Shown here: positions 17,454-26,231 of the stretch, one piece after another
Position numbering within the stretch: the first letter of the stretch is position 1
Layout: every line of letters starts with the position of its first letter
From: a virus
Virus record (IMG/VR): IMGVR_UViG_3300045988_175328
Span: 32,001 to 96,000 of that record
DNA: 64,000 nt
Direction: 5' to 3' (one strand)
Notes under the pieces: generated by a model
The model's input: the letters and a program-made list of their open reading frames with translations, nothing else
Told to the model about the DNA's origin: nothing
The model's database searches: none
Program-made: the position numbers and the translations under genes

Positions 17454-20400
17454 ATGAATTACAATAATATAACTCCAGAAATGGTTATGTCTATGGATTT
17501 ACAAGAGCTCGTAAAACTTGATTACGCTAAGCTTCCTGAAAAGTCAAAGCTTGCGGTAATTAAAAAAGACCCAGTTATGTGGGCTAAAGCTTTTATTTCT
17601 TCTTATTCAATTGAGCAAGAAGAATATGTTCCATGGACAGCCAGATGGTATCAAGCTGAAATGCTTAGAGATAGGAGTTTACGTAAAGTATATCGATGTG
17701 GTCGTCGGTGTATTGCCGGCGATACATTAATATATGATCCTGAAACTAATAGCTCTATTTCAGCTAAAGAATTGTTCGATACCCGACAGGATGATTTCTT
17801 TACAGTGGCTTGCTTGGATCATGATTTCAAAACAGAGCAGATGCCTCTAGCTAAAATATATGAAAATGGTGTAAAACAAGTATATACAATAACGACAGAA
17901 TACGATAAACAAATTACTGTTACAGAAAATCATCCATTCTTAACACAAGTAGGATGGAAAGAATTAAAACATCTTCGTGTTGGAAATTTAATTGCAGTCA
18001 TTCAAGACGAAGGTATTTTATCAAAGTATGTCGATATCGACAAACAAACAATTGAATTAATACAAAAAGAATTAAATAAAGAAGTAAGTATCGAAAGTTA
18101 TTCAGATCTAATGCTTTATGCAGAAGAGGCTGGACTTGAAACAGTTTACGATATTCTTGATGGCGATTTGGCATGGGAACGAATTAAATCAATTCGATTA
18201 CGTGGCACAGAAATGACATATGATGTGTCCGTACCAGAATATCATAATTTTATTGCGAATGGATTTATCACTCACAATACTGGTAAAACAGAAACAATGG
18301 TTATCGAAGCATTGTACAATTGTTTCACTCGAGATAACTTTGTTCATATGTTTGTAACGCCATACGAAAACCAAGTTCGATTAATTTTCGATAATTTAAA
18401 ATCTAAGATCGATTCCTCGCCAAGGATTCGAACAGCACTCACTCGGTCGACACGGTCGCCGTACGTGATGGAATTTAACAATAAATCAAAAATTGTTGGA
18501 TTTACAACGGGCGCAAGTTCTGGTAGTAGTGCTGCCTCTATCCGCGGATGGCGTAGTGACTGGATCTCACTCGATTAAATAATACTATTGTAATAGTTTA
18601 AATAGTCCATTTATTTGGTAACAAGTAAATGTTGAGTTAAATCTCAAGAGTCTATCTAATTGCTGGGAACCCCTAAAGCTTAAAGTGCCTTTGGGCTGCG
18701 AAAGCAGAAATAAATCTTTAAGATGATATATGGTTAAATCCTAAGTATTGTAAACAATGGGCAATCAGCAGCCAAGTTAGTATTATAATTAATATTAAAA
18801 GGTTCAACGACTATCCTGAGAAGGAGTACTATGTAAGCGCATAGGAAATGGTAGAAATCCTACAAAGGATTAAGATATAGTCTATGCTTTATCGAAAGAT
18901 AAAGGTGCGAGTAATGTCGCCGGCTAGAATTAGCGAATCTAGTTGAATTAATATCAGGAAATGGATAATTAAATAATAGTTCATTTAAAACGCCGTTAAA
19001 CAACGAAACTCCTAAGAAGGACAACGATGTACCAAGCTCATTAGTTAATAATGAGTAGTGTTCAACGACTAGGGATGAAATAAGCTCCCCACGAAAGCGG
19101 TGAAACCTACTACAGTCTTATCGTCAAGTTTTATTCTGTAGTACGGAAGACATAGTCTAAACTGGACCAGAACTGACTGGTCGATGAAAATGAAGGTAAC
19201 TTCCAGAGCGCAAGATAAAGAGCTTGCGGTTAATAACAAATTGTATCTAGGTGAAGGTGATTTCGACACAGTATATGCTCTTTGTATGGAACGTGCTAGT
19301 ATCGGAATGACATGTTCATCGACACCAACCGGTAGACGATCTAAGTTTTATGACATTTGTACTCAGAAGAGCCTCGGGTTAAAAATGGCCCCAATATTAA
19401 GCAATTAATGATTGAAAACCTTTTGAAATGCTGGGACTTCCTTTAAGGAAAATCAGCAGCGAAGCTTCTTAAATTTAAGAAGAACGTTCAACGACTATCC
19501 CATTTGGGAGTAGGGTCAAGCGACTCGAAGCAGAAGGCGTCCTATTGGGACGAAGATATAGTCTGAGCTACATAGAGATATGTAGAAGGTTGCAAGTAGC
19601 GAATGCAATCGTAACAATACTGTTAAAGAGCATTACCATCCCGCACAGCATAGTCCTCTATATTCTCCAGAAATGGAGAAAGAATTCAGGGCGACATTCG
19701 ATAAAAATGCGTATGTACATGAAGTACTTGCAGAATTTGGTATCGAAGAAGCTGGCGTGTTTGATAAAGAAGCTCTCGAAAGAGCGACTCGCATGGACAA
19801 TTATGTCTATAATGACGAGATCAAACCGGTACATAATGAATTTAATTTGCGCTCAGCAAAGAAAATTCACCTTCTTCCAGAAGGACAAACTACATATAAG
19901 TATAACATGTATAGAACTATGGCAGTTGACTGGGATAAATCGCAGGCGCCAACTTCTATACTCGTCTTAGATTATGACCACGAATGGAATAAATTCCGGG
20001 TCATTAATCGAACTATGATCGAGCCATCAGATTTTCATTATGACTTGGCGGTAAAAAAGATCATTAATTTAAATGCTATATATAATCCTACTCATATCTA
20101 TATTGATAGGGGCGCAGGTAAGTAACTTGCCTCAATATAAAGAAAGCACATATATTTATATTGGATAATGCGGAATTAAGCGAGAACTCTAAGTTAAATA
20201 ATATGAGAACTCGAACCGAAGGCATTGCTAAGTAATGTCAGGGGCAGAGCATAGAAGTTGAAAAGATATAATACTTCCACGAGTCCGCATCACAGTTGTG
20301 CTATTATACTGTGAAAAAATATGCCGAACTTACAGGAAACTATAAGAACTACAAGATAAAAAACTTGTAGGATAACAAATTGGAGTATCAGATAGAAGCT

Positions 20401-20961
20401 CTTAAAATATATGGGAAAGAGCATCCATCTTCCGGCCTCGACAAAAAAATAAAAGGATTTATGTTCTCCGAGAAAATTCCAGTACAAGATCCAATTACTG
20501 GGATGATGGTGAAGAAGCATTTAAAACCATATATGGTAACTCAGCTTTCGATACTTATCGAAAGAAATAATTTAATATTAAGTCCGTATGATAGTCATAT
20601 ATTTAAACAACTTATTGACTATCGTATTGAAAAAATAACACAGTCTGGTGTTCCTGTGTATACTAGCGTTAATGAGCATTTTGTCGATGCACTTGGTCTT
20701 GCTTATCTTGCTTTTGTTCAAAACTTTCCAGAGTTAACGAATCTTGTTAAAGAAGCAGAACATAGACCATGTATTAAAATATTCGACAAATCTCCATTAG
20801 CTTCATATGCAAAAAAAGATTTAGACAATCCATGGGATTCTCGTGGATCTTTTGAATCACCAGACGAAGCATGGCAAAAGGTTCCGATGAACGAACCTTT
20901 AATTTCAACTAAGAAAAAAGCATTTTCAAAAAGTAATTGGTTTAAGAGGTCTATGTTTTAA
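17454..20961 (+). CDS. terL: terminase large subunit, interrupted by one intein and four group I introns
   Basis: Proposed coding segments are 17454..17708 + 18279..18575 (joined by protein splicing), 18958..18966, 19244..19379, 19623..20119 and 20383..20961. They total 1773 nt (590 aa) in one frame. Walker A is reconstituted as CGRR-TGKTE. Walker B is DWISLDE(MDY). Other motifs: SSTPTGRRSKFYDI, and nuclease-domain-like MAVDWD, IYIDRGAG-EYQIE, NEHFVDALGLAY. Confidence 0.8.
17709..18278 (+). other. mini-intein (190 aa) inserted in the terminase P-loop
   Basis: Starts CIAGDTLI (block A), contains VTENHPFLT (block B, TxxH), ends YHNFIANGFITHN followed by the +1 Thr of TGKT. No LAGLIDADG or HNH motif was seen inside. 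Confidence 0.75.
18576..18957 (+). mobile_element. group I intron, ORF-less member of the IStron-related family (copy 1)
   Basis: Core elements are P AATTGCTGGGAAC (about 18657), Q CAATCAGCAGCC (about 18762), R GGTTCAACGACTATC (18801) and S AAGATATAGTCT (18872). P1 is GAT|TA paired with TAGTC, with a U-G wobble at the splice U (18575). It ends ATATCAG| at 18957. It aligns along its length with 39632-40068 and 42552-42935. Confidence 0.7.
18958..18966 (+). CDS. terL: 9-nt terL micro-exon (GAAATGGAT = Glu-Met-Asp)
   Basis: Lies between the 3' end of intron 1a (by analogy with copy 3) and the 5' splice site of intron 1b. AAATGGAT pairs 8/8 with GTTCATTT (18980-18987), with a U-G wobble at the last exon U. 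It keeps the frame and supplies the Walker B Glu. Confidence 0.5.
18967..19243 (+). mobile_element. group I intron (terL intron 1b), ORF-less
   Basis: R GTGTTCAACGACTAGG (about 19059) and S GGAAGACATAGTCT (about 19145). P9-type hairpins GACCAG..CTGGTC, GAAG-GTAA-CTTC and CGCAAG..CTTGCG. Ends ..AAATTG| and is followed in frame by YLGEGDFD. Confidence 0.6.
19380..19622 (+). mobile_element. group I intron (terL intron 2), td-like core, ORF-less
   Basis: P AAATGCTGGGAC (19427), Q AATCAGCAGCG (19451), R GTTCAACGACTATCCCATTTGGGAGTAGGGTCAAGCGACTCG (19486), S GAAGATATAGTCTG (19553). The 5' exon GGGT pairs with GCCC (U-G wobble). Ends ..CAATACTG|. Splicing gives ..QKSLG-F-KEHYHP.. in frame. Confidence 0.7.
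20120..20382 (+). mobile_element. probable group I intron (terL intron 3) with a divergent core
   Basis: P1 hairpin GGT|AAG-TAA-CTTGCC has a U-G wobble at the splice U (20119). Ends AAATTG| (20382). Joining gives IYIDRGAG-EYQIEALK in frame, which removes the in-frame stop at 20123. An S-like AAAGATATAATAC is present, but the R/P/Q elements are not canonical. Confidence 0.5.
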
Positions 20962-20963
20962 TT

Positions 20964-22634
20964 ATGGATGAAAATAAAAGAATACTTTTTGAACCGAAGA
21001 TAGAACCATATAGGCATTACGAATCAGATGCCAATTTCTTTCATGACTTAACAATTAATCCTATTGTAGGGGACCCTTTATCGATACCTTTAGGTGAAGA
21101 TACAGAAAAAGAAGTAGATCTTTTATTGGGCGAGTTACAAGAAATATATCAGTTAATTGATTTTATGCCGATTCCGATTCGGCCGATTATCGAAAATATT
21201 CTTGTGACAATAACAACTGAAACCATAATTAAAGAGATTCCTCCTCCGCCACACGAGACTCCGCCTGAAATACATATTCCAGAGGAACCTATTCCGGAGA
21301 AGAAGCCTCCAAAACTTACTCCTCATTTTCCTTCAGATCCTGAAGAGAAAAAAATTGTAACGCCTAAACCTGCGCCTAAAGATGATCCGTTTGGATTCGA
21401 CGAAGGACCCAAGAAAGACGTTAAGATCGGAAAATCTCTTCCGATTTCTGAAGTCGTTAATAAAATAGATTATCGTAATAATGTAAGAATTAAACGTGGT
21501 TGGGTCGCCCAACTATCGTCAGCACTTAGTCGATATATGCATAAAATGATGCACGCTGTAAGGCTGACTGGAGCGGAAGATATAACAGCATTTCTTCTTT
21601 TGTTTGACGGGTGGTTTGTTAAAACCGATAAAAATAAAAAAGAAAAAGCAGCACATGATACAATTGTGCGTAACGATGCTGAAATACGAGAAAAAAGTAA
21701 ATTACTCGCAAAGGTAATTTCGCCAGAAGAACTTCTTAAAAGCATGAGAGCATTAGAAGTTACTTCTCAGACTAGATCTAAATACTATTCATACAAATAT
21801 TCTACAGAAGGAAAGACATTCCTAGAGCAGATGGAAAATGATTTACTGTTCCATAAAAGAAGAAAGTATGATCTTAAGTATATAGATGCGGCGAATAATT
21901 ATTATAAATTATTAACTTCTTCTGTTAAATTAACCGATGATATATTTAATTTAACAGCTGAATCAGCTATGGCAAAAGCTGTACTATTAAATAAAGGGAT
22001 CGATATATTTGCACAACGCCCTATTCCTGATCCTATCTATTATTTAAATACATTAAATCCGTCTCTTGGAGATGTCGATGCCAATGGTCGATCTAGAACA
22101 GGGACATATGCTAAGCAAGCAAATCCAAATGATCCGACATGGAATCATACTGTATATAATCTCGAAGGAGTTGAGATTACTGCTGTCGGCGATTCTTTGC
22201 TTGCAGGGTCTCAAGAAATACTTAGAAGCAAACTTCCTAAATTTGAATCTGACGCTAAAGTAGGTCGACAAGCATCTGAGGCAATCGAGATATTTAAAAA
22301 TTTAGCAGGATCTACTCGTTTAGGAAAATTAGTAATTGTTTCACTCGGTACTAATGGTGATATGGTATCTGATGGTTCTGCCGATAAGATCATGGAAATT
22401 ATTGGTACAGATCGAGATGTTCTATGGTATAATAACTATGCAACGGCATCCAATGTTACTTGGGCCGAAACGAATAATAATTATCTCAATGAATTAAGAT
22501 CCAAATATCCTAAATTAAGAATTTTAGATTGGAAAGGAACTGCATCTAGCAAAAATCTTCTTTCTGGAGATGGAGTGCATCCATCAAGTTATGAAGAGTT
22601 TGCCCAGTTAGCATTAAGTGCATTAGGTAAATAA
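20964..22634 (+). CDS. protein with a Pro-rich N-terminal half and a C-terminal SGNH/GDSL hydrolase domain
   Basis: VEITAVGDSLLAGS (block I GDS), VIVSLGTNGD (block III), LSGDGVHPS (block V DxxH). PPPPHETPPEIHIPEEPIPEKKPPK linker. Confidence 0.6.
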   Translation: MDENKRILFEPKIEPYRHYESDANFFHDLTINPIVGDPLSIPLGEDTEKEVDLLLGELQEIYQLIDFMPIPIRPIIENILVTITTETIIKEIPPPPHETPPEIHIPEEPIPEKKPPKLTPHFPSDPEEKKIVTPKPAPKDDPFGFDEGPKKDVKIGKSLPISEVVNKIDYRNNVRIKRGWVAQLSSALSRYMHKMMHAVRLTGAEDITAFLLLFDGWFVKTDKNKKEKAAHDTIVRNDAEIREKSKLLAKVISPEELLKSMRALEVTSQTRSKYYSYKYSTEGKTFLEQMENDLLFHKRRKYDLKYIDAANNYYKLLTSSVKLTDDIFNLTAESAMAKAVLLNKGIDIFAQRPIPDPIYYLNTLNPSLGDVDANGRSRTGTYAKQANPNDPTWNHTVYNLEGVEITAVGDSLLAGSQEILRSKLPKFESDAKVGRQASEAIEIFKNLAGSTRLGKLVIVSLGTNGDMVSDGSADKIMEIIGTDRDVLWYNNYATASNVTWAETNNNYLNELRSKYPKLRILDWKGTASSKNLLSGDGVHPSSYEEFAQLALSALGK

Positions 22635-24694
22635 TGAATATTTTAAAAATATTAGAGGCCGATACTAGCAAAAAAAAGAAAGACAATTCTAGTATTCGAT
22701 CTGTAATTAAAAGTACTAAAGCTGCAGTGGTTGGGATTATGAATCGATTCTCTTCTAATGGAGGATCAGATCCAGGATCTAGAAATTACGATCTTGCTAA
22801 AATAAAAAATGCTATAGTAACTGATAGTTATTTAGCAGTAAGTATTCGTAAGTTCTCCCAATTAATTGCAAAGGGCGGCTATCAGTTAAAATCAAAAAAT
22901 GAAGATGCCGCCGATTATTTAAAAAAACGAATTCATATTATCGAGTATCGATCTAAAATTCCGTTCGATACTTTGATAACTTCTATAGCGAGAGACTTGT
23001 GTTCTTTCTCGAATTCGTATATAATTAAAACGAGAGATAATAATCTTTCTAAATTTGAATTAGAAGGTGAGCCTATTTTCTCTGGAGGAACGATATCTGG
23101 ATTATTCTTATCCGATCCATGCAACACAAAAATAGTACGAGATGATGATGGTTATATCTCACATTATGAAGTTGGGAATAAAGAATATCCGGCGCAAGAT
23201 GTTGTTCATATCTATATCGATAAAAATAATAACTCAGACTATGGCACTTCAAGAATTTATCCTATTCTTGAAGATTTAACTATGCTCAGAAAAGCTGAAG
23301 GATTAGTTATGTCTATATTGTATCGTTTTGCGATGCCAATCCTCCAGATTAAAGTTGGTAATGTTGCTGAAGGGCAATATGCTACAGACAAAGAAATTAA
23401 TGAAGCAAAAGAAGCGTTTGAAAATCTTTCAAATGATGGATTTATTGTTACAAATGAACGTACCGAAATTAAATCTATCACTCCAGATATGCAAGCAAAT
23501 CAATTGCTTAATTTTTTGCAGTATGCAGAAAATCGTGTATTTACAGGACTTAATACTTCTATTAGTATTATGGGTCGTGGCGGCACACAAAAAAGTGCTG
23601 ACAACACGGATGTTCAAATGCACGATGAAATTAAATTTTTGCAAAAGACAATTTCTTCATTCTTAGAGAAATATTTATTCTCTGAAATATTAATGGAAGG
23701 CGGATTCAATCCATTAATTGAAACAGATGATTATGTTCATTTTGCATTCAATGAAATTAATGTCGATACAAAAATTAAATCAGAATCTCATACAATTCAA
23801 AAATATCAAGGCAATGTTATTTCTTTAGCTGAAGCAAGACGAGAACTTGGATTCGATAATGAAGTAAAAGAAGAAGATATGTATGCTTTCACTGTTACTC
23901 ACAAATCGAAAGAAGAACTTATCGATGCACAAGCTGATGCGACTATTAAAGTTGCTAAATACCAAAATTCAGTTCAATCAGATACTTCATCAGAAGATAA
24001 AACAAATCTAGACGAACGGAAATTTAATGGTAAGAAAAAAGATATAAAGCCAAATAAATTCTTTAAAAATGATGCTCAACCTGAAAATCAAAACACGAAA
24101 AATGTTAAACTCTCAGAATCGTTAGAAGATAATTTAGCCTCTTTTGAGGAAAATTTTCCAACGATATATGGTAGCTATAAAAATCTAAGTAATATACTGC
24201 CAGAATTTTCGCCCAGCGTATTCGTCGACGCAGAAACAGATTTAGTTAATGCTCTTTTAAAAGACCTAACTCCATTTGCAGAAAATGGGATTGAAAATTA
24301 TATAGCGAACAACATCACTAATACTAACCAAATGGCTGAAATTGATTTCGGCGAGATTGAAGCTCATGCTTCAGAAACAATACATAAGATATTAAGTGAT
24401 TTACAAGATCGCTTATCCAATAATCAAGATACGGTGTATATCGAATCTTTGTTGTCAAAGATGGAATATAGAATCCGTTTCATGGCAGACATGATGGGCA
24501 AAAAAGCCTATTGGTTTCACTACATTTCCCAAGCAAAATTAGATGGTGTAAAAACTATTAATATTGACTTTGGAGAGAGTGAACACCAAAATGGACGATA
24601 TACACATCTTGCAACTGACAATATAAAATTCGAAGATATTCCAGCTTACTCCCCGTACTGTAAGTGCGGGATTAAACATATTTTGAAAGGCTAG
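22634..24694 (+). CDS. portal protein (by size and position)
   Basis: 686-aa ORF, translationally coupled (TAATG), lying between terL and the scaffold/capsid genes. No diagnostic motif recognised by eye. Confidence 0.5.
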   Translation: MNILKILEADTSKKKKDNSSIRSVIKSTKAAVVGIMNRFSSNGGSDPGSRNYDLAKIKNAIVTDSYLAVSIRKFSQLIAKGGYQLKSKNEDAADYLKKRIHIIEYRSKIPFDTLITSIARDLCSFSNSYIIKTRDNNLSKFELEGEPIFSGGTISGLFLSDPCNTKIVRDDDGYISHYEVGNKEYPAQDVVHIYIDKNNNSDYGTSRIYPILEDLTMLRKAEGLVMSILYRFAMPILQIKVGNVAEGQYATDKEINEAKEAFENLSNDGFIVTNERTEIKSITPDMQANQLLNFLQYAENRVFTGLNTSISIMGRGGTQKSADNTDVQMHDEIKFLQKTISSFLEKYLFSEILMEGGFNPLIETDDYVHFAFNEINVDTKIKSESHTIQKYQGNVISLAEARRELGFDNEVKEEDMYAFTVTHKSKEELIDAQADATIKVAKYQNSVQSDTSSEDKTNLDERKFNGKKKDIKPNKFFKNDAQPENQNTKNVKLSESLEDNLASFEENFPTIYGSYKNLSNILPEFSPSVFVDAETDLVNALLKDLTPFAENGIENYIANNITNTNQMAEIDFGEIEAHASETIHKILSDLQDRLSNNQDTVYIESLLSKMEYRIRFMADMMGKKAYWFHYISQAKLDGVKTINIDFGESEHQNGRYTHLATDNIKFEDIPAYSPYCKCGIKHILKG

Positions 24695-24705
24695 ATAGAC
24701 CAAGA

Positions 24706-25914
24706 ATGCAAATCAAAGAAATACTTGGCTTTAAACCTTCTCAAGAGGAATCATCGAATGAACCGAATGAAACTGTTGAAAAGAAGACTCACGGCATAGT
24801 TGTTGAGATTGAAGCTATTCATTCTGAACCATATGTAACTGGCAACTCTACTATCTATACAGTAAAAGGCATTCAGGAGTCTATTCCTAAATGGACAAAG
24901 CCATATAACATCCCGGTCATCAAACATCATAATGATAGCGATGGCGATATTATTGGTCGCGTTATTGATGCAAAAATTAAAGATAGTGTACTGGTGCCAG
25001 GAACAAAAGCTTTAGTATTAACAGCCGATATTATCGAATCTGAAGCTAAAGAAGGTGTCAGAACAGGTCTACTACAAACAGTAAGCATAGGCGGAAGAAC
25101 TAATGACGTTAGATGTTCTATCTGCGGCGCAGATATGAAAAACGATCCATGCAATCATGTGCGTGGTCAAGTCTATGAAGGTCAAGTTTGTACTTGGATG
25201 ATCAATGATGTAACACCTGATGAGGTTAGTTATGTTATTGTACCATCGGATAAAAACGCTAAGAATATTAAAATACATTACGATGACAGCATTGATGCGA
25301 AAGTATCAGAAAATGCTGGAAATGTGAGGGAAGCTCAAACTGAGCTTCCTGATTTCATTAAAGGAGAAGAAGAAGTTTCAATTTCTGAATCTCAGAAAGA
25401 AGAAACTGAAGCTAATATGGAAAAAGAAACTCAAACACCAGAAGATGTTAAAACAGTTCCAGAAAAAGCAGATGATGTTCAAGTAAAAGAATCTGAACAA
25501 GAACCTGCTATTCAGGAGCCAGGTGTTGCGGGCGAAGAAATTAAATTAAAAGAATCCATTGAAGATTTACTTCAAAAAGTAAATGCTATTTCTATGGAAG
25601 TAATTTCTTTACGTCAAAGCTTAACTCAAGAAGTCTCTGCTGTTAAAGAACAAGCTGAAACTTTAAAAGAAAGCTTAGCGACAACTGATAAAAAAATCGA
25701 AGATTTTAAAACTTCTAGCAAAGCTGAATTAGAAGAAGCAGTAACAACTGTTAAAGAATCTTTGACACAAAAAATTAAAAATACAGAACTCACTAAACAA
25801 GATGTTCCAAATCCAGTTGTTGAAAAACAATCTGAACCGCAAAAACAAGAAGATGTTAAATTACAAGAACAATTGAAGCCTTTATCTGACTTCAGTCGTT
25901 ACTTTCAAAAATAA
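24706..25914 (+). CDS. scaffold-like protein (globular N-terminal domain with a CxxC..CxH cluster, acidic coiled-coil C-terminal half); a prohead protease role is not excluded
   Basis: Position between the portal and capsid genes. The C-terminal 200 aa are Glu/Lys/Gln-rich heptad-like sequence. Confidence 0.4.
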   Translation: MQIKEILGFKPSQEESSNEPNETVEKKTHGIVVEIEAIHSEPYVTGNSTIYTVKGIQESIPKWTKPYNIPVIKHHNDSDGDIIGRVIDAKIKDSVLVPGTKALVLTADIIESEAKEGVRTGLLQTVSIGGRTNDVRCSICGADMKNDPCNHVRGQVYEGQVCTWMINDVTPDEVSYVIVPSDKNAKNIKIHYDDSIDAKVSENAGNVREAQTELPDFIKGEEEVSISESQKEETEANMEKETQTPEDVKTVPEKADDVQVKESEQEPAIQEPGVAGEEIKLKESIEDLLQKVNAISMEVISLRQSLTQEVSAVKEQAETLKESLATTDKKIEDFKTSSKAELEEAVTTVKESLTQKIKNTELTKQDVPNPVVEKQSEPQKQEDVKLQEQLKPLSDFSRYFQK

Positions 25915-25999
25915 GGACTAATTATTAAGTAATTTATTTTATAAATAAAAGCGCAAATAAGTGGACAAATATATATTATATTTCTTGTTTACACTTGCT

Positions 26000-26231
26000 T
26001 AATAATAGGTTTCGAGCCTTAGTGACTGCTACTATCGAAAGATATGTTGCAGATATGAACTACGTTATGGAAAAGGTTAAAGACACACCTTTAGATGTGC
26101 TCGTCAGTCTGAAGCTCTGTGAATGCCAATCAAGAAACTATGCTAATGTCCTGCATAGATAACAGAGAAACATACATACCCTCCACGACATTGGCAAGAC
26201 GAAAAATGCTCCGAAAGGAAGGTCTCCAGAG
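26000..26231 (+). ncRNA. candidate IscB omega RNA (5' boundary approximate)
   Basis: A 317-nt non-coding leader lies directly upstream of iscB. Its 3' ~230 nt are GC-richer than the flanks and contain several short hairpins (TATC-GAAA-GATA, AAAGG..CCTTT, CTATGC..GCATAG). IscB omega RNAs are encoded in this position. Confidence 0.45.

Noticed and set aside
18576-19243. Single 668-nt composite intron in terL instead of two introns plus a micro-exon
   Set aside because: The region has two complete R/S (P7) pairs. The first core ends like its family members (CAG|). An 8-bp P1 with a U-G wobble exists for the second. A single intron giving LDE-GDF would have to end in T rather than G. It is kept only as the alternative hypothesis.
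19069-19970. ORFs 19069..19269 (-), the N-terminal part of 19184..19408 (+) and 19545..19970 (+)
   Set aside because: They fall inside group I intron RNA, or in the wrong frame of terL exon 4. The in-frame terL continuation explains the coding signal.
20120-20125. GGT|AAGT resemblance to a spliceosomal 5' splice site
   Set aside because: This is phage DNA. The same bases form a group I-type P1 hairpin with a U-G wobble, so the resemblance is taken as coincidence.
20290-20520. 76-aa minus-strand ORF
   Set aside because: It is antisense to the end of terL intron 3 and the start of exon 5, with no RBS.
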